Shown piece after piece: positions 60,370 through 64,000 of a stretch of 64,000 nt of DNA (its first letter is position 1; every line of letters starts with the position of its first letter). The notes below the pieces were generated by a model. The model was not told where the DNA came from, ran no database searches, and saw nothing but the letters and a program-made list of their open reading frames with translations. The position numbers and the translations under genes are program-made. Source of the DNA: Oligoflexales bacterium (lineage in GTDB: Bacteria > Bdellovibrionota_B > Oligoflexia > Oligoflexales > Bog-1112); contig JBGCEP010000012.1 in assembly GCA_045106415.1 (NCBI GenBank), forward strand, positions 1 to 64,000. Direction: 5' to 3'.

Positions 60370-61254
60370 TCATATTTTTTTCGCCGCATATATAGGCTTA
60401 GAAGCTGCAGAAAATGTAAGTTTTCTCTCACCTGATCCAAGAGGGCCAAGATCACGACCTTGAAAAAAGATATTTACTTTTGCTGCGTCCTTGATCGTTA
60501 TTGACAATGTCTCTTGAAAAGAAAGAGTTTCTACCCCTGCCTTCCATAGTTTTTCAGCTTGAGCATGATCATCAGAAGTCCAACGGATCCCAACCTCTTC
60601 CAAAACAGTGAGCTTTAGAAGCCCTCCTTCTTGCGGTTCTATCGCTTGCTCAACAAGCAGCTTTGGATCACTACCCTTTACAGACTCATCTGTATTCATC
60701 GCGCTGTCACTCGCTGCAGCGACTATAGGGGGCGCAGCAGGCTCTGTAAGCGGAGATGAAGCTACAACCTCAGCAGGCTCTGTCGCTTGCTCTACTGTAA
60801 GCTCAACCTCTCGATTTTCTCCTAAAAGAAAGTACCATCCACCCAGCGTCACGAGCCCCGCAGCAGCCAACCCTGCAAAAAACACAGGGCGGCCCCATAA
60901 GCGGGATAAAGATCGTCTTGATCTTGACATTTTGCTGTGGTGAGGAACTTCATAACGGGCCGGTTCATCATCCCAGCACATTTCATAAACATCAATAAGA
61001 TCCTTAGGCGGCACGTCTAACGCAACGCACAGGTTTTTTATAAAACCTCGCCCAAAAACCTTACCTGGTAGAGACTCAAAGTCACCGCTTTCCAAGGCCA
61101 TCACAAAATTCGGTGAAATTCTTGTCGCGTGCACGAGCTCTGTTAAAGATTTTTCTCGACCTTCTCGCGCAGCGCGCAAAAAGCCACCAAAAATTTGCCG
61201 TTTTGTTTCAATCGGCAAATCTCCATCAATCGTAAGCTTGCAACCGTCGCCCAT
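60370..61254 (-). CDS. rodZ: RodZ-like cytoskeleton protein (HTH, TM, DUF4115-like)
   Basis: GGFLRAARE...TRIS...ALESGDF..LPGKVFGRGFIK, a single TM and a C-terminal beta domain. Confidence 0.85.
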   Translation of the reverse strand: MGDGCKLTIDGDLPIETKRQIFGGFLRAAREGREKSLTELVHATRISPNFVMALESGDFESLPGKVFGRGFIKNLCVALDVPPKDLIDVYEMCWDDEPARYEVPHHSKMSRSRRSLSRLWGRPVFFAGLAAAGLVTLGGWYFLLGENREVELTVEQATEPAEVVASSPLTEPAAPPIVAAASDSAMNTDESVKGSDPKLLVEQAIEPQEGGLLKLTVLEEVGIRWTSDDHAQAEKLWKAGVETLSFQETLSITIKDAAKVNIFFQGRDLGPLGSGERKLTFSAASKPIYAAKKI

Positions 61255-61301
61255 ATCTACCTAAACTGAAGAGTAGGTTTCAATCATTCAAGGATTACAC
61301 C

Positions 61302-62084
61302 TTGCAGACATTCTTAATCAGTCTAGTCCTCGGGTTTACGGCCTGTCAAACTGCGCCGATAAAACAACGTGATCTTCCACATGTGGCAGAGACACTCAAA
61401 CTCGCCAAAATCCGTTTAAACGAGGGCCGTGCCGCTGATGCCCTCGATGCAATTCGCCCTCTTAGGCAAACAGTTTCAAATCATATCGACGTGCTAAGAA
61501 CTTCAGGTTTAATTCACCTTGCGTTAGAAAACCACCGCAAAGCAATCTCAGAATTCAAAGCAGCCTACAGAATCGAATCTTCTGCTGAAAACGCCTTAAA
61601 CCTAAGCTCCGCTATGCTGTCAGCTGGATCTCCAGAGCATGTCAAAAATATTCTGATTCCTCACCTTAACGATTCAAATTACATTCATAAAGAGCGCCTC
61701 TATCACAACCTTGCTCTTGCATCAGAACATCAAAAAAACAACAAAATTGCCATCCACTGGTATGAGAAAGCTTTATCGGAATATCCAATTTTTTATCTAT
61801 CACTGCTTCAGCTAGGACGTTTAAAAATGCAAAGCAGCCAAGAAGACCAAGCGGCTAGTTTGTTTGAACGAGCCATAGCATCTTGCACACCGTGCTTTGA
61901 CCCTGTTCGAGAACTTGTTTTATCGTATCAACAACAACATCAATACCACAAAGCCATCCGCACTCTTCGGCAACACCTCAAAGTAAAAGACATTACTCAC
62001 CCCAAAGAAGCTCATGCACTTCTACGTTCTTTATCTCGACTAGCGGTAGCAAAAAGAGCTCATAAGAGAAAGAGACGATCATGA
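61302..62084 (+). CDS. TPR lipoprotein, PilF/PilW/Tgl-like pilotin
   Basis: TAC lipobox, TPRs with 'Y...ERLYHNLA' and a CxxC; adjacent to rodZ. Confidence 0.65.
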   Translation: MQTFLISLVLGFTACQTAPIKQRDLPHVAETLKLAKIRLNEGRAADALDAIRPLRQTVSNHIDVLRTSGLIHLALENHRKAISEFKAAYRIESSAENALNLSSAMLSAGSPEHVKNILIPHLNDSNYIHKERLYHNLALASEHQKNNKIAIHWYEKALSEYPIFYLSLLQLGRLKMQSSQEDQAASLFERAIASCTPCFDPVRELVLSYQQQHQYHKAIRTLRQHLKVKDITHPKEAHALLRSLSRLAVAKRAHKRKRRS

Positions 62085-63433
62085 ATCAGAAAATCCTTCG
62101 TACATTTTTCAGTCTTCTTATTTGGGTTCAATACTCACCATCTTTCACACAGAACACTCAAGAACAAAACCCTATCCCTCGTTATCAAAGCCTTGAAGCA
62201 TTTGCGACAGCTCTCGTTCATCTAGAGAAAATGTATGTCGACCCAGAAAAAGTTCAACAAGACCCTCTTATACTCAATGCTCTCAACGGATTAATGAAAG
62301 ACCTCGACCCTCATTCCGTAATTCTTCCTCCCAAGGCCTTTGAACAACTCACAATGGACACTCGAGGAAAATTTGGCGGCATTGGCATCATCGTTTCTCA
62401 AAATAAACCAGATGAAAAAAAACCAACATCACCATCTACTTTGATGATTGTATCCGTGATAGAGGGTACTCCAGCTGCAAAAGGAGGGCTCAAAGCAGGT
62501 GATGAAATTACCGCAATTGATGATGTTTCATTAATCACAATCACTCCCAATGAAGCCGTAGAAAGAATGCAAGGTTCTATCGGGTCAACAGTCGAACTCA
62601 CTCTTCGTCGCGAAGGGCTCAAAGAAACATTTTCTGTTCAGATTACACGAGCTCTGATCAAAGCCCCTTCTGTACATGCTCGAGACCTTGGGGCTGGCAT
62701 CATCACAATGAGTATTTCCTCTTTTCAAGAAAACACCGCACGACAACTTCGAAAAAAACTCAAACTCTACCAACCAAAAATGAAAGCACTGATTCTTGAC
62801 CTTAGAAATAATCCCGGAGGTCTGCTAGATCAATCTGTCAAAGTCGTTGACCTTTTTGTCGATAGCGGTCTAATCGTTTCGACAGTCGGCAGGGACAGCA
62901 GCCGCATTGAAAGAGAATACGCAAGAAAAAACGGGACATACGCAGGATTCCCAATGATTACTCTAGTCAACCAAGGTTCTGCAAGCGCGTCTGAAATTGT
63001 TGCGGGAGCGTTGCAAGATCACAAAAGATCGCTCATTATGGGAACCCCTACTTTTGGAAAAGGGTCTGTCCAAACCTTAATTCCTCTACCGAATAAAGCA
63101 GGCCTCAAGCTCACCATTGCAAGATATTACACCCCCTTAGATCGCTCCATCCAAGGAAAAGGAATAACCCCCGACCTTATTGTCTCCAACCAAGAAAACA
63201 AACAGCAAGCAACACGGAAAGAAGCTGATTTAAAAGGACATATTTCCGGCGGGCATTTAAGCGAAATATCCAAAGGGCATAGTTTAAGAGATCCTGTTAA
63301 AAAATGGCCAAAACCTCTGCGAAAAGATCATCAACTTGTCACAGCTTTTGTCCATCTACGAGCTTGGGCGACTCATCTTCAAGAACACATGCAGGCTCAA
63401 CAAAAAATCAACGATATTGATCAAAAGCTTTAA
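62081..63433 (+). CDS. ctpA: S41A carboxy-terminal processing protease
   Basis: LDPHS, GKFGGIGI PDZ, DLRNNPGG, SASASEI and FGKGSVQ. Confidence 0.93.
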   Translation: MNQKILRTFFSLLIWVQYSPSFTQNTQEQNPIPRYQSLEAFATALVHLEKMYVDPEKVQQDPLILNALNGLMKDLDPHSVILPPKAFEQLTMDTRGKFGGIGIIVSQNKPDEKKPTSPSTLMIVSVIEGTPAAKGGLKAGDEITAIDDVSLITITPNEAVERMQGSIGSTVELTLRREGLKETFSVQITRALIKAPSVHARDLGAGIITMSISSFQENTARQLRKKLKLYQPKMKALILDLRNNPGGLLDQSVKVVDLFVDSGLIVSTVGRDSSRIEREYARKNGTYAGFPMITLVNQGSASASEIVAGALQDHKRSLIMGTPTFGKGSVQTLIPLPNKAGLKLTIARYYTPLDRSIQGKGITPDLIVSNQENKQQATRKEADLKGHISGGHLSEISKGHSLRDPVKKWPKPLRKDHQLVTAFVHLRAWATHLQEHMQAQQKINDIDQKL

Positions 63434-63689
63434 AAATGGTGACGCGGTAGCTATCCAACATCCCATGCTCGACCTGCCGGCCTCGCGATGCACAAAATTT
63501 TAGATAATTACGGTAAGCTGCGTCATCAGTAAAACACTTAATAAGATATTTGCACTCCGCGCAAACCATCATAGGATTAAATTTCGCGTTGTCGCGCACA
63601 GTACGCATACAACAATCTCGAAAACCACTCGAGCTTGTTGGTGCCGGTGTTTTTGTGTGTTCATGTTTCTGTGCTGATATATCCATCAT
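63408..63689 (-). CDS. Small Cys-rich hypothetical protein
   Basis: CC...CAEC....KC...FC in 93 aa; GAGG upstream. Confidence 0.6.
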   Translation of the reverse strand: MMDISAQKHEHTKTPAPTSSSGFRDCCMRTVRDNAKFNPMMVCAECKYLIKCFTDDAAYRNYLKFCASRGRQVEHGMLDSYRVTIFKAFDQYR

Positions 63690-63767
63690 TAAGGCCTCGG
63701 GTAGAGCTAAAATACGAGCGTACGAAAGTTCATCAAAAAGAACATTCGCGGCATCCTGTTCAAAGTG

Positions 63768-64000
63768 TCATAAAATGTCAAGTTTCTCTACTGCTGAAAG
63801 GCCAATCTCAGAAAGATTTTTCGTTTCTGATGAAGATATCGACATTTTTTCTCCTAAAACCTGCAAAAGCTCCACACACACTTCTGTCACTTCAATTGAA
63901 GTGCCAGTTAAACGCTCCATGGTCGTAACGCCACGGTTTCGTAAACCACACGGGACAATTGTTGAAAAAACATTTAATGAATTATTAATATTCAGAGCCA
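63768..64000 (-). CDS. lipB: Octanoyltransferase LipB, 3' part (truncated by window edge)
   Basis: Manual translation gives ALNINNSLNVFSTIVPCGLRNRGVTTM...EKLDIL*, containing the PCG catalytic motif. Confidence 0.85.
   Translation of the reverse strand, partial: ALNINNSLNVFSTIVPCGLRNRGVTTMERLTGTSIEVTEVCVELLQVLGEKMSISSSETKNLSEIGLSAVEKLDIL

Noticed and set aside
63635..63928. 97-aa + strand ORF
   Set aside because: It is antisense to lipB and the Cys-rich gene, which have better support.

Overview
This is a mostly core-chromosomal 64 kb window from an AT-rich Gram-negative bacterium. The gene content (Agl-Glt-type gliding genes, a DUF4175-like gene, tsaD-rsmA linkage, CheV and PilZ proteins, tmRNA tag GNDYALAA) suggests a Bdellovibrionota/Oligoflexia-like organism; that assignment is inference. 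Core genes include tmRNA, msrB-msrA, citrate synthase, uup, a ClpX-like ATPase, fabD, rpmF, yceD, rpsB-tsf-pyrH-frr, dapC-dapD, rsmA, tsaD, a DEAD-box helicase, rsgA, plsB, rodZ, a C-terminal protease and partial lipB. An AT-richer block (~25.6-35.6 kb) runs from a decayed IS607 transposase to tRNA-Ala(GGC). It holds a five-gene Glt-like gliding operon, a minimal K+ channel with a natural TAVGYG filter and an atypical cytochrome P450. The strongest unexplained signals are four intergenic structured-RNA candidates. These are a ~110-nt three-hairpin sRNA with a repeated CACTCA loop (11.8 kb), a ~260-nt multibranch RNA with repeated CWTCRTA motifs (59.8 kb), a ~200-nt rpmF leader and a ~140-nt element at 21.0 kb. 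Other notable signals are integrase arm-like repeats beside the tmRNA 3' end, two apparent pseudo-enzymes and sigma28-like promoters. No CRISPR array, intact transposase, integrase or reverse transcriptase was seen. All structures and homologies were read by eye and need computational confirmation.
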